From: Camelus ferus
Lineage: Eukaryota
Reading direction: 5' to 3'
Assembly (NCBI RefSeq): GCF_009834535.1
Contig: NC_045696.1
Location: 111,292,001-111,356,000 of the forward strand
DNA length: 64,000 nucleotides
Both the position numbers and the translations under genes were made by a program. The notes under the pieces are model-generated. The model had not been told where the DNA came from and searched no databases. It saw only the letters and a program-made list of their open reading frames with translations. Of the stretch, positions 1 to 12,425 are shown in pieces (position 1 is the first letter of the stretch; each line of letters opens with the position of its first letter).

Positions 1-97
1 TTTGAAGTAGGGTTCCTTCTAAATATATGCCCAGGAGTGGGATTCCTGGGTCAAATGGTAAGTCTATTCCTAGTCTTTTGAGGAATCTCCATACTGT
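1..97 (-). mobile_element. Young LINE-1 fragment (ORF2 C-terminal region), 5'-truncated, runs off the window start
   Basis: Near-identical to the L1 copy at about 24294-24389 (TTTGAAGTAGGGTTCCTTCT...GAGGAATCTCCATACTG). Confidence 0.9.
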
Positions 98-153
98 AAA
101 ACTCAAATATTATTAATAAAAATATGATGAAACAAGAAATGTTATGATCCATG

Positions 154-1022
154 TGTTACCAAACTTCAGTTTGGCTGCTCACCACTCAAAAGCCAATACT
201 TGAGAGACAAGTGTTAGTTGGAAAAGGAAATGAAAGATTGCTTTATTCAGGAGCCTGACAACAGGGGGAGAAGGCAGACTTGTGTCTAAGAACCAGCTAT
301 GAAGATTCTGCTGGCCATGGCAGCTTTGGAAGGGAAAAAGAGGGGAATGATGTCAGGTAATCATGAAGCATGGGGGTCAGATTCTGTGTCACTTCCCACC
401 GCGGGCAGACTCGCTGACTGCTCGTGGTCTTCCTCTAGGCACTATCTCGTTCACACAGTTTTCTCCTGGGGTGACTGAAAGGGAAGCTGAGAAAAAGGTC
501 TGTTCTTCCATTAATTACTTATTCTTTATCTCCACTTCTTTAAACTGAAAAAGAATCAACAGGTTAAGCAAGGCATTGTGTGATCAAGAGATTAAAGATG
601 TATGCTTCGGCTGGAGGTCAGTGGATCATGGGGGCACCTGGCGTAAATGTTAAATTAAAATATATCTTGCTGAAGTCTATTATCTGTTAGATTTTATGGG
701 TTGCTTGCAAATCCCCACTGTACAGACATTCCATTTCTATGGGCTCGGGAGCAGAGGGCTGTCTTCTGTAGCTGCTTCAGGCTGAGAAAGGGTGTCAAGG
801 TCTTTGAGTGGAAGATGTCAATATGGGTCTATAGCGTTTCTTTACCTGCAACATCAGTTGGCCTGCTTGCATATTCAGGGAGAACAAGCTGCAATTACAT
901 TGATGCCCACAAAGGTAGACATTACTATGAGCAATAGTGTGAATCCCATCCTCATGAGGCCAATTCTTGGATTCGGGCAAGCCCTAGCTTCAGTATTTCT
1001 TAAGATGGAGCAACTTATGTCA
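154..1022 (-). mobile_element. ERV1-type solo LTR (MER34/MER39-like 3' end); right boundary uncertain
   Basis: Starts TGTTACC, has TTTATT (reverse polyA signal) at ~242, shares long blocks with 54792-55349 (CTATCTcGTTCACACAGTTT...GACTGAA.GGGAAGCT...AATTACTTATTCT) and is the reverse complement of the end of the LTR finishing at 57806. Confidence 0.7.
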
Positions 1023-2412
1023 TGTCTACAGTCTGGTCATTGTACAGTTAGACTTTTCCCTCCGGTGACACTTAACGACTCAGGAACGTGCAGCAGACAC
1101 TGTCTTCTATGTGCTTTAGGGGGACTTTAAAGATGCTGTGACTCTGTCGTCCTAATTAGTAAGTGTTGAGCCTGCTCTTTTGTGACTCGAGGGAGGCCTG
1201 GGGGACTTCAGCTTTTCTACAAACAAGAGGCAGGGGACATGGAGGGACCTTTGCACTTGGGAGGGCCCTGTAAGGTTCTGCTTGGTTTCACATTTTGAGA
1301 ATGGATAATTAAAAAAAAAACAAACAAAAAAAACACCCAGGTGCAACTATTCTTAAAAAGGGACCAAAAAATGTTGACGCTATAATAAATATTGTTTCCT
1401 CTTTTATTTTGGTTCTATAGGGAAGGATCAGGAAGTAATTTATATCTGCAGTTATAATTTTCTTCAAATATCACCATGTAGTGGCTCACATTTAATGAAT
1501 ATATTTTTTATTCTAGTTAGGCTAGAGAAACCTTTATGATTCAAATTCAAAATCAAATCTTAATGGAATTAACAATTTTAAATCTTTTTTCTAAAATTTG
1601 GCTTGATGTTTAATGGATCACCATCATCACCTTGTAAACTGTCTAAAAACTGTGCATACCTGGAGGCCACTGTGTAGAGATTCACAGGTCCTTTAATGAT
1701 AACAATGCTGGCTTTCCTGAGCACTGGAGTCTGATTATTTGATAATACAGGATGACTGGAAGGACTACCACTTACGTTAATGATGAAGTTTAAATTTTCA
1801 ATAGTTTTGCATCTTTTATAAGCATGAAAACAAAAGTACTTGGATGGCTCACAAACTCAGATAGGAGAGCATTGGTGTGACACTCCATTATTCAGCACAG
1901 AATCTCTTCTAGCCAGAGTCTTGTTTGCCAAAGGGGAAATTTTTATTTTGATTTGGAGCTCATTTCCAAAGGAGAAAAATAATTGCCAAGGAAATGTAAA
2001 GGAAGAAAAGTCAGAGCAATGGTATCTTAAAGGAAGAGTGCTAGAAAGGGTCTTTGAACCATGGAACTGAAGTTAATTAAAAATAAAATTCTCTGTTTTG
2101 GTGTCTTTTTGTAAAATTAATATATATGTTTTTAATGATGAAAGATTATCAATAAATGGTCAAGTATATGCTGCTGGAACCATCTCTGTTTCACTCCTGC
2201 CATGAAACCAGACATTGAATTAATCAGCGCTCATGCAGCATAAAAAGAATAATTTCACTAATGGTTAAATCCTTGCCCCTTCCAGTAGTTTTTGCTATTT
2301 GGAGGCTCCAGATGCCTGACCTTTTTTTATTTAATTCTGCTGGTTACATTTTTTTCTTTTTTTTTTTAAATTTTCTAACATTAGTAATTGGAAAATATGG
2401 GGAAGACATAAT

Positions 2413-2600
2413 ATTTATTGAGGACTCACTAAGTCTGGCACAATCTATGTTTTATCAATTTTAATCTTAACAACTCTACCTCCAAGGCACATCCCTGCCA
2501 GTTTTATACAAGAGGTGATGGACACTTAGAAAGGCCCAAGCAACTTAGTCAAGATGAGATGGCCCCAAAGTGGCAGACTTAGAACCAGGCACGTGTGTTA
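2413..2600 (-). mobile_element. MIR SINE, degenerate
   Basis: TTTATTGAG...CTGGCAC...CAGTTTTATACAAGAGG...CAACTTAGTCAAG...AAGTGGCAGA follows the reverse MIR consensus. Confidence 0.65.
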
Positions 2601-3441
2601 CCTGCTTCCCACCTCACCACATTAGATCCCTTCTACACTGTGTGAGAAGTTTTTGAGACTTATAGACACCTCCCTAGTGCCCTCCATCACAGTCAGTGGA
2701 TTTTTCTATTTCCTGCCAATCCAGGAGTGTTCTGAGAATTCACACAAGAAAAAAGAAATCACTTTATTTTGTGTCTGGAACACCCATGAAGAAATATTCC
2801 TTAGTTTGGCATGGAGTTCCCACAGATTCACAAATAATTGTGTACCACTGTGCGCGTGTACAGTTCCCCTCGATGTCACAAAGTTTTTTCCCACTTTTTC
2901 TCTTTCTTTCAAATTGAGAAAGAGAATAATAGAAAAGGGAACATGACAGTCACACTAAATTTTTAAGCCAAGTTACATGAGTATAAATTTACTGACTTGC
3001 GATCAATACTGACAATTTACTGTCATTTATGAACTTCCATCACCAACTTTTTACTTAATACAATTTTTCTCAAGAGTAACTAGGCATTCTTCCCTTCCTA
3101 AGATACTAAGGAAGGTTAAATTTGACAATGAAATATCAAAAATGAAAGAAAAGAAGCTGACAGCACAAGGTGGAAATTAATTTGCCTTCCAGCATTTTTT
3201 TGAGTTGCTGATCTTCAGAACTATGTTTTTGAAGAACAGAAGCCAAGCAACATCAAAGTATAACCTGGGTCATCAATCACATCATTCACACCATCACTGG
3301 TTCGTGAAAGGCATCAGTGTGATGCTCCAAATCCATCCTATTTCTAAAAAGTACACAAGGTTAATTTCCGATAAACTGATTTCTAAATCCAAAGTACGTA
3401 ATGAAGTTTGATATTATGCGATGAATGAATACACAATTGTT

Positions 3442-3493
3442 GTATGTATGTATGCATGTATGTATGTATGTATGTATGTATTTATGTATGTAT
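3442..3493. repeat. (TATG)n microsatellite, imperfect
   Basis: Direct reading of tandem TATG units. Confidence 0.95.
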
Positions 3494-6399
3494 TTGCAAC
3501 TAGACCAGAAACTTGTATCTTCCTATCTGAAATGTACCTTCAAGCCCATATTGGAATGTATTTAATGATACCCTGGTCACCTCCCAAGGTAGTGTGGACT
3601 ATAAGCATGGATATAAAATGCAAAAGTAAGAGCTTAAAAATTGCTTTCTGTCGAACAGCACAGAGTTTGTATACACTGTTGTAGACATTTGCGGCATGTG
3701 TGCCGTTTATCAGATAGCTTCAATTTAGCAAGAAGTGAAATGGAAATTCGCTTTCATGCTGAAGTGCCATCATAATGGGGTTACTCGGAGGAGAAGGGGG
3801 AAGTGTCAGGGCTTCAGGAGAAGGATTCTGCAGACAGTATTCCACATGAAACATTCTGCTCACCCTGGTATTCAGTAAAATCACTGAAGTCTATCAAGGA
3901 GCATTCGTCATTCAAAGAAGGTAAGTGGAAGAACTCAGTTTAAAAATACCTTTCACGCTTCTCTACGTAATGAAAATCAAGAATGCAGAGTCCACCAGCC
4001 CCTTCTGATTCGTGCCTTTTCAGTTTACTGCCATGCATGAATATTTCTCATCATCAATTCTGAACAAAAGCCAAGAGACCAAACCCTCAGGGAACACACA
4101 CATCTCCTGCACCAACAATCTGCTGTTCTTTCCCTCAAATCGTTTTTGTCATTCAGGTCATACTTTATCTTTCTTTTCCCAACAATTGCTCCAGGTAAGA
4201 ACATCAGTATTGAGAGCTCTTGGAAACAGATTCATGGATCACCAAATACCTAAGATTAGAAGAAACTTCAGGTTATTAAGTACTTCTTTACAGTGTGGGA
4301 TATAAAAACTGAAATGGAGTTTTGCCATAACGCTTTTGTAAATCTATCCCATGAGAAGTAAATTCAGCATTGATGTCTTAGATGAATCCTTTACTTTAAG
4401 TCCTAGCTCCCCTGCCCCCCAAAATATTGCAATCACTATTGCCTGGAGCTGAGCCAGTGTATGCTTTTCTTATTTTTTTTTTTGCAGGAGGGGATTCTAG
4501 AAAAAGTTCTATCAGATGTCTTTTTTTGTGTGTTATTTCAAAGAAGACATAAAAATGACCATATGTGTTTACTTTACTTCAGCGGGAAAACTGGCTTAGT
4601 TTTGGAGAGGAAGACATCCAGACAAAAATAGTATTAGGTTGCTCATCCATCACTCTATCTGAAAAGGTAGAGTGGGCTTGGGTCCAAAGTAGGAGTCCTT
4701 TCAATACTATAGCCTCTGTTAACATAATTAATCAAAATAATAGTTAAAAAAATTTAACATGATTATCCAATGAGTTCAACTGGCTGATCTTGTTTTTCTA
4801 ACTTGCTTGTATAACACGATCTTCTAAGTCTAAATACTTAAAGAACATTGTCTAATATGACCAATACTCTTTACAGGATTATAACAGCACTTAGTTTTTC
4901 AATATGATTGTGTCCCCATGGAATTTTCAGTGAGTGAAGCGAGAATCTGATGTGACACATCTTGTCCCAACTGTAGGGCTGATGATACACAGTTATTTAC
5001 TGTAGGTGATTATGAGAGAAAGCATTTACCACTGATAGCTACAATAGATGGAAATCTGAAAATAAAGCCATTAGGCATTGCTCTCAGAAGTATAACCTTC
5101 AATGTGGAAGAAAATGTTCCATGAGGGAAAAAAAACAAAAAATGCAATGGTAGCCATGGATCAATGTGCTAGTAAGAGAGAATAGTAAGAAAAATACCTA
5201 ACTTTTGTAACTTATTAAGTCCAACTCTCAAATTAATGCTTAATAGGAAATTGTGGATATATTGAAGTGTGAGATCTCTTTTTCCTTTATCTCTTTTTCG
5301 AAACAATGTGAATTACTCCCTTGACACACCCTATAGGTTGAGCTTCAGAAAAACCTACAAATAAAAAAATCTTGGCACCAGAAAATTAAGTGATTTAAGT
5401 ACAAGTGTGAAAGGACTTTTTTTTTTAAGCATCTGGTTAAACTATTTCATTTTCCCCTTATACAATAGCTAAAGAATCAACTTTATTAGGTTCAGAATAA
5501 AATAATTCAAAATTTTCCCACCAATGTGGCCGGTAAATGATGAAAAAAGAATGAGTAATAAGGTTGCTGAACGGTTTCACAGAAAGAAGAGCTCTATCTG
5601 GGACCTCAAGAAATTATCTAATCAAGCTCTCTGCCCTCCAGCAAAAGCTCAATTCAACAAATTATTATTGAAGGCCTGCCGCATAAGAATCACTGTTCTA
5701 AATCCTGGAGCAGATTCAGAAGACATGGCTCCTGGTTTTGAGAAATTCAAATTCTTCTCAAGTAGTAGATTAGGGAACAGAATCCCAGGCAGTTTCATTC
5801 TTTGCTCAAGGTCACACAGCACAGTGATCTTTAAAAAACATCATCTTCAATGTATTCATGAGTTTCTCCTGAAGTTGGCAAATATTCTCATATTACCAAT
5901 AAGGTGACAAAAATAGACCATGTGGTGATAGGAGGGTGATTTATTCTTCACCTTAGAGTTAAAAATATATATATCTACTACAATTACATCAAAGAGAAGA
6001 AAAGAAAAAAGCTGAAAAGAAACACACAAATTTGAAACTGGAATATAACCACACATGGAGAATATTCATCTATTAAAAGACAACGTCAAACTCTCCTTGA
6101 GAGAAATAGTTTTCCTCTCAAGAAAATGTGAATGACAAAAGCAGAAAGCTGAACTATATCCATTATAATGAAAGAAATTAGAAAGACTTGTCAAAACTGC
6201 ATTCACTCTTCCTTCACTTCTCCAAAATGCAGCCAGGCTAATTCTTTCAAACTTCAAAGGGGACAGATTCCACTGTAAGTTCTCAGAGAGGCACACTGTC
6301 TTTATTACTTACATTTGTACTGTTAATACCCAGCACGGCGCCTGGCATAGAGTAATATGTAATGTAGGTATTGTTGGAAGAAACTAGAAATGGCATTTG

Positions 6400-7800
6400 C
6401 TCTTGAAAATGTTTCACAGAAAAAGAAAAAAATGAATACTATCATATTTATTTCACTAAGCGAGCATAACTCTGATAGAAAACCTAATAGGATTACTAAG
6501 CAAGAAAACTGTGGACTTAACCATTTTACTTATAAAGTCTAAAATTTTTGATCCAATATGAGCAAGCCAATCCCAGGGTATAAGAAAAGAAAAATGTTCC
6601 ATGACAAAGTAGAGTTTATACTTTGAATGAAAGACTAGTTCAGTATTAGAAGCTTTATTTATACAAATCAACTTACTATTGCTTAAAAACTTATATGATC
6701 ACTTCAACATGTTAATATTTTTGATAAAAATTATTATCTATGCCTGGCAAATACACTTAAAAATAGGGAAAAATAGAATATTCTCTTTATATGATTTTTT
6801 AGAAAAACATTGTATCTTAAATCTAATGTCAGCATTAAGATTAGTAGTAAAATGAATTAAATTAAATTAGAATGTGAGTTTTTTTTCATTTTTTCATCTA
6901 ACGATATTCTAGAGCACTTCCATTGTGATCAGACAGCAGAACAAAATGAAAACTATAAATATTGAATATGAAGAAATTATTATCTGCATATGAATTTAAT
7001 TATCTTACTGGGAAAACCAAGAGAATCAATAAAAAATGTTTACAAATTAAAAATAAGTATTAGGCAAAGAAAGTATTGACCACAGAAATATATTAATAAC
7101 AAGAGATTAATATAATTCAATAATCAACTCAACTAATTAACTAACACCAACTAAAACTTAATTAATTATTTTAATAAATAACTAGTATAGACTATAATAA
7201 AGTAATATAATTAAAATAATTCAATTCAAATTAACAATGATTGTGCAAAATATATCAGAAATCAATTTAACGAGGACTGTGAAGAAAACCTATGAATATA
7301 AAAATACAACATTCCACTAAGGAATATAGATTAAGATTTGAATTATGGAATACTAATTTGCTAAAAATAAAAAGGTAGATTTTTTTTTAATGTGGTGAAC
7401 ACATTTTAATAGATTTTCTACATAATTTTTTCATAGCATAAGAAATTGGGCTAATGTGGCAAAAAAGGTAATTTTTCAAGTGATAACTGCAAATAACCTA
7501 CAAATTATTGAAAAAATGTAGTCTTATTTATAATTAAATAATTATTAATGAAAATGAGTACTATTGAATGTCAATAAATTCGTGATTAAAAAGAAACTGC
7601 AACTGACTGGGAGTTTGGGAATTATGCACCCCCAAGAATGTATATTGGCGCAGCTTTTGGGGAGGTATTTTTTAAAATATACTTTAAAATTGACTGTACA
7701 CATCACTTTTAACCTAGAAATTAAACTTTGAAAGTTTATCCTAAGGAATATAATTGGACACGTGCACAAGATGTATACAAAAAGATGTTTACTACATTAT
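6400..7800 (+). mobile_element. Ancient L1 (L1ME-like) ORF2/3' remnants, interrupted at ~7800
   Basis: A-rich; GAAAACCAAGAGAATCAATAAAAAA (ENPKES-like) and TTTATCCTAAGGAATATAATTGGACACGTGCACAAGATG typical of old L1 3' regions; resumes at ~9311. Confidence 0.55.
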
Positions 7801-9310
7801 TTTTTTTAGTTTTATTGAAAAATAATTGACATACATCACGACATAAATCTAAGGTGTACAGCATGATGGTTTGATTTACATATATTATAAAATGATTGCT
7901 ACAATAGGTTTAGTTAACATCCATTGTTACGTATAGGTATGATAAAAAGAAAAGGAAAAAATAACGTGAAGTGAACTCTCAGGATCTATTCTAACGACTT
8001 TCCTATCTAGCATATGGCTGTGTAAACTACAGGCATCATGCTGTACATTACATCGTTAGCACTTATTTATCTTATAACTGGAAGCTTGTACCTTTTGACC
8101 ACCTTCGTCCAATTCCCCCTCCTCTCAACCTCCACCTCAGGGAAACACAAATTTGATCTTTTCTCTGTGTTTGGTGGGGAGTCTTGTTCGTTTTAGATGC
8201 CACATGTAAGTGAGACCATAGTGTATTTTTTTCTCTGACTTACTTTACTTAGTGTAACGATTTTAATATTTTCCATATTAAATATTTTAAATATTTAATA
8301 TTTTATATTTTTATTTAAATATTTTATTAAAATATGTAATATTTTATTTTTTCACAAATAATAGTATTTTCTTATTGTTTTATGGCTGAATAAGAATTCA
8401 TTATGTGCACACACACAGCACATCTTCTTTATCCATTCATATATGGATGGACACTTAGGTTATTTTCATATCCTGACTGTTGTAAATAATAGTGCCATGA
8501 ACATTATGGTGCAGATATCTCAAGATAGTGATTTCATTTCCTTTGAATATATTCCCAGAAGTGGAATTGCTGGATCGTATAGTAGATCTATTTTTAATTT
8601 TTTAGAGGAACTTCCATCCTGTTTTCCATAGTGGCTTCATCAGTTTATAATTACATAACAGTACACGAGGCTTCCCTTTTCTCCACATCCACTCCAGCAT
8701 TTGTTACCTCTTGTCTTTTTGATGATAGCCATTCTAACACGTGTGAGGTGATACGTCATTTCCATTGGTTTTAATTTGCATTTCCCTAAGGACTAGTAAT
8801 GTTGAGCATCTTTTCATGTGTCTATTGGCTACTCATATATAGTCCTTGAAAAAATATCTATTCAGGTCCTTTGCCCATTTTTTAAAAATTGAATTGTTTG
8901 GTTTTTGGCTATTGAGTTGTAAGAACTCTTTACATATTCTGAATAGTAACCCCTTATCAGATTTATGGTTTGCATTTTTTCCCATTCTGTCAGTTGTCTT
9001 TCCACTTTGTTGATGGTTTCTTTTGCTTTGCAGAAGCTTTTTAGTTTGATGTCATCCCATTTTTTTTTTTTTTTTTTTTTTTGTTGTTGTTGTTGTTGTT
9101 GCTTGTGCTAACCATATGTGCCTGAGTTTATTTCTGGGCTCTCGATTCTGTTCCATTGGTCTATTTGTCTGTTTTTATGCCAGTACCATGCCGTTTTGAT
9201 GACTATAACTTTACATTACAGCTTGAAATTGGGAACTGCGATGCCTCCTGCTTTGTTCTTTCTCAATATTTCTTCGGCTACAAGGGATCTTTGGTCTTTG
9301 GTGATCCTAT
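7801..9310 (-). mobile_element. L1 (L1MA9/L1_Art-like) 3'UTR plus ORF2 C-terminus, 5'-truncated, internally deleted
   Basis: Poly-T then TTTATT; GTGTACAGCATGATGGTTTGATTTAC 3'UTR; CCCAGAAGTGGAATTGCTGGATC and GTGTGAGGTGATA reverse ORF2 motifs; possible TSD CATTaTTTT/CATTgTTTT. Confidence 0.9.
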
Positions 9311-9660
9311 CATTGTTTTAAAAAGAGAAACAAAGCTTTGATATAAATATCCACCAATGAAGGAGAAGCTAAATCAGTTACAGATTTATATTCAATGAAA
9401 TTATCTGCTGCCATGAAACATAATGATGCACATCTATAGTTATTGAAATGGAAAGATGTCTATGAATAGGTTTTTTTTTAAAGGAGCAAACAAAAGCAAA
9501 AACACAAGTTACAAAACCTTTGTAAAGAAACAATTTCCATACAGCTAAAATTCTTTCATGTAAAAATAAGTTCAGGAACAGAATATTCATAGTCAAGTTA
9601 TGGGTCTTTATCTTCTTCCAAATGTTTTCCTATGTTTTCTGGATTTTCTGCACAGAGCAT
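9311..9660 (+). mobile_element. Continuation of ancient L1ME-like 3' region
   Basis: CATTGTTT...AAATATCCACCAAT...TATATTCAATGAAATTAT continues the element broken at 7800. Confidence 0.55.
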
Positions 9661-9667
9661 ATATGCT

Positions 9668-9790
9668 TTTTTTAAGACTGTATTTTTAGAGCAGTTTCAG
9701 GTTCACAGCAAAATTGAGGGATAGGTACAGAGATGTCCCACGTACTCCCTATTTCAACACATGCATAGCCTACTCTATTTTCCATATATA
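9668..9790 (-). mobile_element. L1MB/L1MC-type 3' end fragment
   Basis: TTTTTAGAGCAGTTTCAGGTTCACAGCAAAATTGAG...GGTACAGAGAT...ACATGCATAGCC. Confidence 0.75.
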
Positions 9791-10260
9791 CTTTTCAATA
9801 TGGAAAAAAGGAGGATTTAAGAAGAAATGTGTTATGTGGGGGATAGGGAAGCCTGAGAGGTGAGATGGACCCATATATTGCTCAATGTAGGGAAAACTCT
9901 ATACCCAAGGAATGGCCCCCTATAATAACGTGGTTTTTTGGTTCTGAAGCAGTTAAGTTACTTTCTGCATAAGCCATCTTCCTTGATGGGCATATACATG
10001 GTTGAACTTAAAAACAAAGCAGGGGCTGTCGCTGTTGCCTGCAGCTCCTCTCAGCATCTCTCCCAGGCAGACTGTCCTTAGGAATCGGACTTAGCTACAG
10101 ACTGGTGGATGGGGCGGTTGTAGGGAAGAGGGTCGAGAGTGACTGTTGATCGCTTTATCTTAAACGTCTGGAAGCTAGAGTGATATGTTAATCCTCACTG
10201 AGTGTATGCTTTGGGCTGTGTACTGACCCTGTGGGTTTGTCTCTCTAAGAAAAGCTGAGC

Positions 10261-10385
10261 ACCTTACCTGGTGCAGTCCTCACAGCTCTTTCTCTCTCCC
10301 TCGAGTCATCTGGAAGGGAATTCGCACTGTTGAGCACCGTCCTTTGACACACATGTGCTGACGTCACTGCCCTCCCCCCACCCTA
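10261..10385 (-). promoter_or_regulatory. Candidate promoter/first-exon module: GC/KLF box, full CRE, E-box and 5' splice donor
   Basis: TGACGTCA 10359-10366, CACATGTG 10350-10357, CCCTCCCCCACCC 10370-10383, minus-strand CAG|GTAAGG at 10268/10267. Motif match only. Confidence 0.3.
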
Positions 10386-11199
10386 CAAACTTCCAGGGAG
10401 TGAAGATCCAGAATCCCTACAAATTGTCTCATTGCTGGGAATGAAGAAAGCCAATGTTTCTTCTGTGCAGATTGCTTGTGGTCCACCTCGCCATACCTCC
10501 CTTTCCCAGATGCTCAGGCCCTGTATCTGCCTCTCCTTCATCATTCTGTGAGAGGCCCATGTGAAACCTCCCATTCTTATGCAAATTTTATAAAAATGTA
10601 CACTGTGCTTACCCCGCACCTATCCTTGAAATTGCTGTGTGCTAAAAAAGGCCTCCCTAAGTGGTGATTCCTCCCAGCAAGGGTTAGGGGAGCTCCTTCT
10701 GCAGAATCCAGCCACCCTCTTCCTTGTCTCACCTCTCCCAGGACCAAGTTGGTTAATGGGGCAGAGATGCAGCCAGTGGGAAACCCTTGCACCCACGACC
10801 CACTGCAAGCCCAGCGCTGATATGGTCTTCCTCTTCTCCCAGCTTCTGGATCCTGCCCTCCCCCACTCAGACCCGCCTGTGTCATTCATTCCACCACCAT
10901 CCTTCACTGCTCCCTCAGCCTCATGGAGAGAATACATTTTCTATTGTCTGTGTCTAATATTTACACTACATAAAATAAATAAATTCTCTCTATATATACT
11001 GTCCTGGGTCTTATTTTTCAAAGAATGATTAAATCTATTCCTCTTACTATTCCCCCCCCCCATAAAATACATCAAATAAATAAACAAAGCAAGAAAAAAA
11101 CTTTCCTTTCTAGAGGGCTTATGTTCTGCCTAAGTGACTTTAAATAACCCATCCTTAGGCAGCTGCGATTGAGAAAGGCCCATCTTGAAAGCGTTCAGT

Positions 11200-12425
11200 G
11201 GACATTCCTTCATTTAAAAAGCCCGAGTGAGAATATAAATTGGAACAATCATTTTGGAAGTCTGGCCATGCTTATTAAAGCTAAAGAAACATCTATCTTT
11301 TGACTCAGCGATTCCACTCCTGGGTTTATACCCAATGGAAACAAACGCTAACATATTCACCAAAAGACCAGCACAAGAACGGTCATGGCAGTGTCATTAG
11401 TAAGAGTTAAGAACTGGAAACAACCATAAAGCCCATCAGAAGAAGAGTGATATATTCATACAACAGAATACTACACATTGGAAAGGAACAAACCAGTGTC
11501 AAATGCAACAACGTAGATGAATCTCATAGACATAATTCTGAGTGAAAGAAACCAGTCATGAAAACATCATAGCTATTTGATTCCATTTCCATCCATTCAA
11601 AAAAGGGAAAAAGTAATCAACAGTAATAGAAGTCAGAATAATTGTTGGCTTAGGGATGGAGTCGTTTCCTTAGAAGGGTGGACAGGGGATCCTCTGGGGT
11701 GCTAGAAATATCTTTTTTTTTAAACTTTTTTTTTATTGAGTTATAGTCATTTTACAATGTTGTGTCAAATTCCCATGTAGAGCACAATTTTCCAGTTATA
11801 AATGAACATACATATATTCATTGTCACATTTTTTTCTGCTGTGAGCTACCATAAGATCTTGTATATATTTCCCTGTGCTTTACAGTATAATCTTGTTTAT
11901 CTATTCTACATTTTGAAATCCCAGTCTGTCCCTTCCCACCCCCTGCCCCCTTGGCAACCACAAGTTTGTATTCTGTGTCTATGAGTCTGTTTCTGTTTTG
12001 TATTTATGTTTCGTTTTTTTTGGATTCTGCATATGAGTGATCTTATATGGTATTTTTCTTTCTCTTTCTGTCTTACTTCTCTTAGAATGACATTCTCCAG
12101 GAACATCCATGTTGCTGCAAATGGCGCTATGTTGTCAGTTTTTATGGCTGAATAGTATTCCATTGTATAAAGATACCACATCTTCTTTATCCAGTCATCT
12201 GTCGATGGACATTTAGGCTGTTTCCATGTCTTGGCTATTGTAAATAGTGCTGCTATGGACATTGAGGTGCAGGTGTCATTTTGAAGTAGGGTTCCTTCTG
12301 GATATATCTTGATCTGGGTGGTGGTCATATGGGTGTATATATGTGTAAAAAGTTACTGAGCTATACATATAGATTTATGCACTTAGCTTACATAAAAATT
12401 GTACCTCAATTAAGTTTTTTAAAGG
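11200..12425 (+). mobile_element. Old L1 (L1MC/L1ME-like) 3' region, split by a young L1
   Basis: TTTGACTCAGCGATTCCACTCCTGGGTTTATACCC, AACTGGAAACAACC, GATGAATCTCATAGACATAAT, GGGGTGCTAGAAATATC|TTGATCTGGGTGGTGGT. Confidence 0.8.
11715..12303 (-). mobile_element. Young LINE-1, 5'-truncated (~590 bp), with 7-bp TSD
   Basis: ORF 11906-12328(-) reads ORF2p C-terminus ([37 protein letters not shown]); poly-T head; TSD ATATCTT at 11708-11714 and 12304-12310. Confidence 0.95.

Noticed and set aside
1655..1765. Minus-strand exon bounded by CCAG and GTATGC
   Set aside because: One open frame but no recognisable protein; splice signals are of chance quality.
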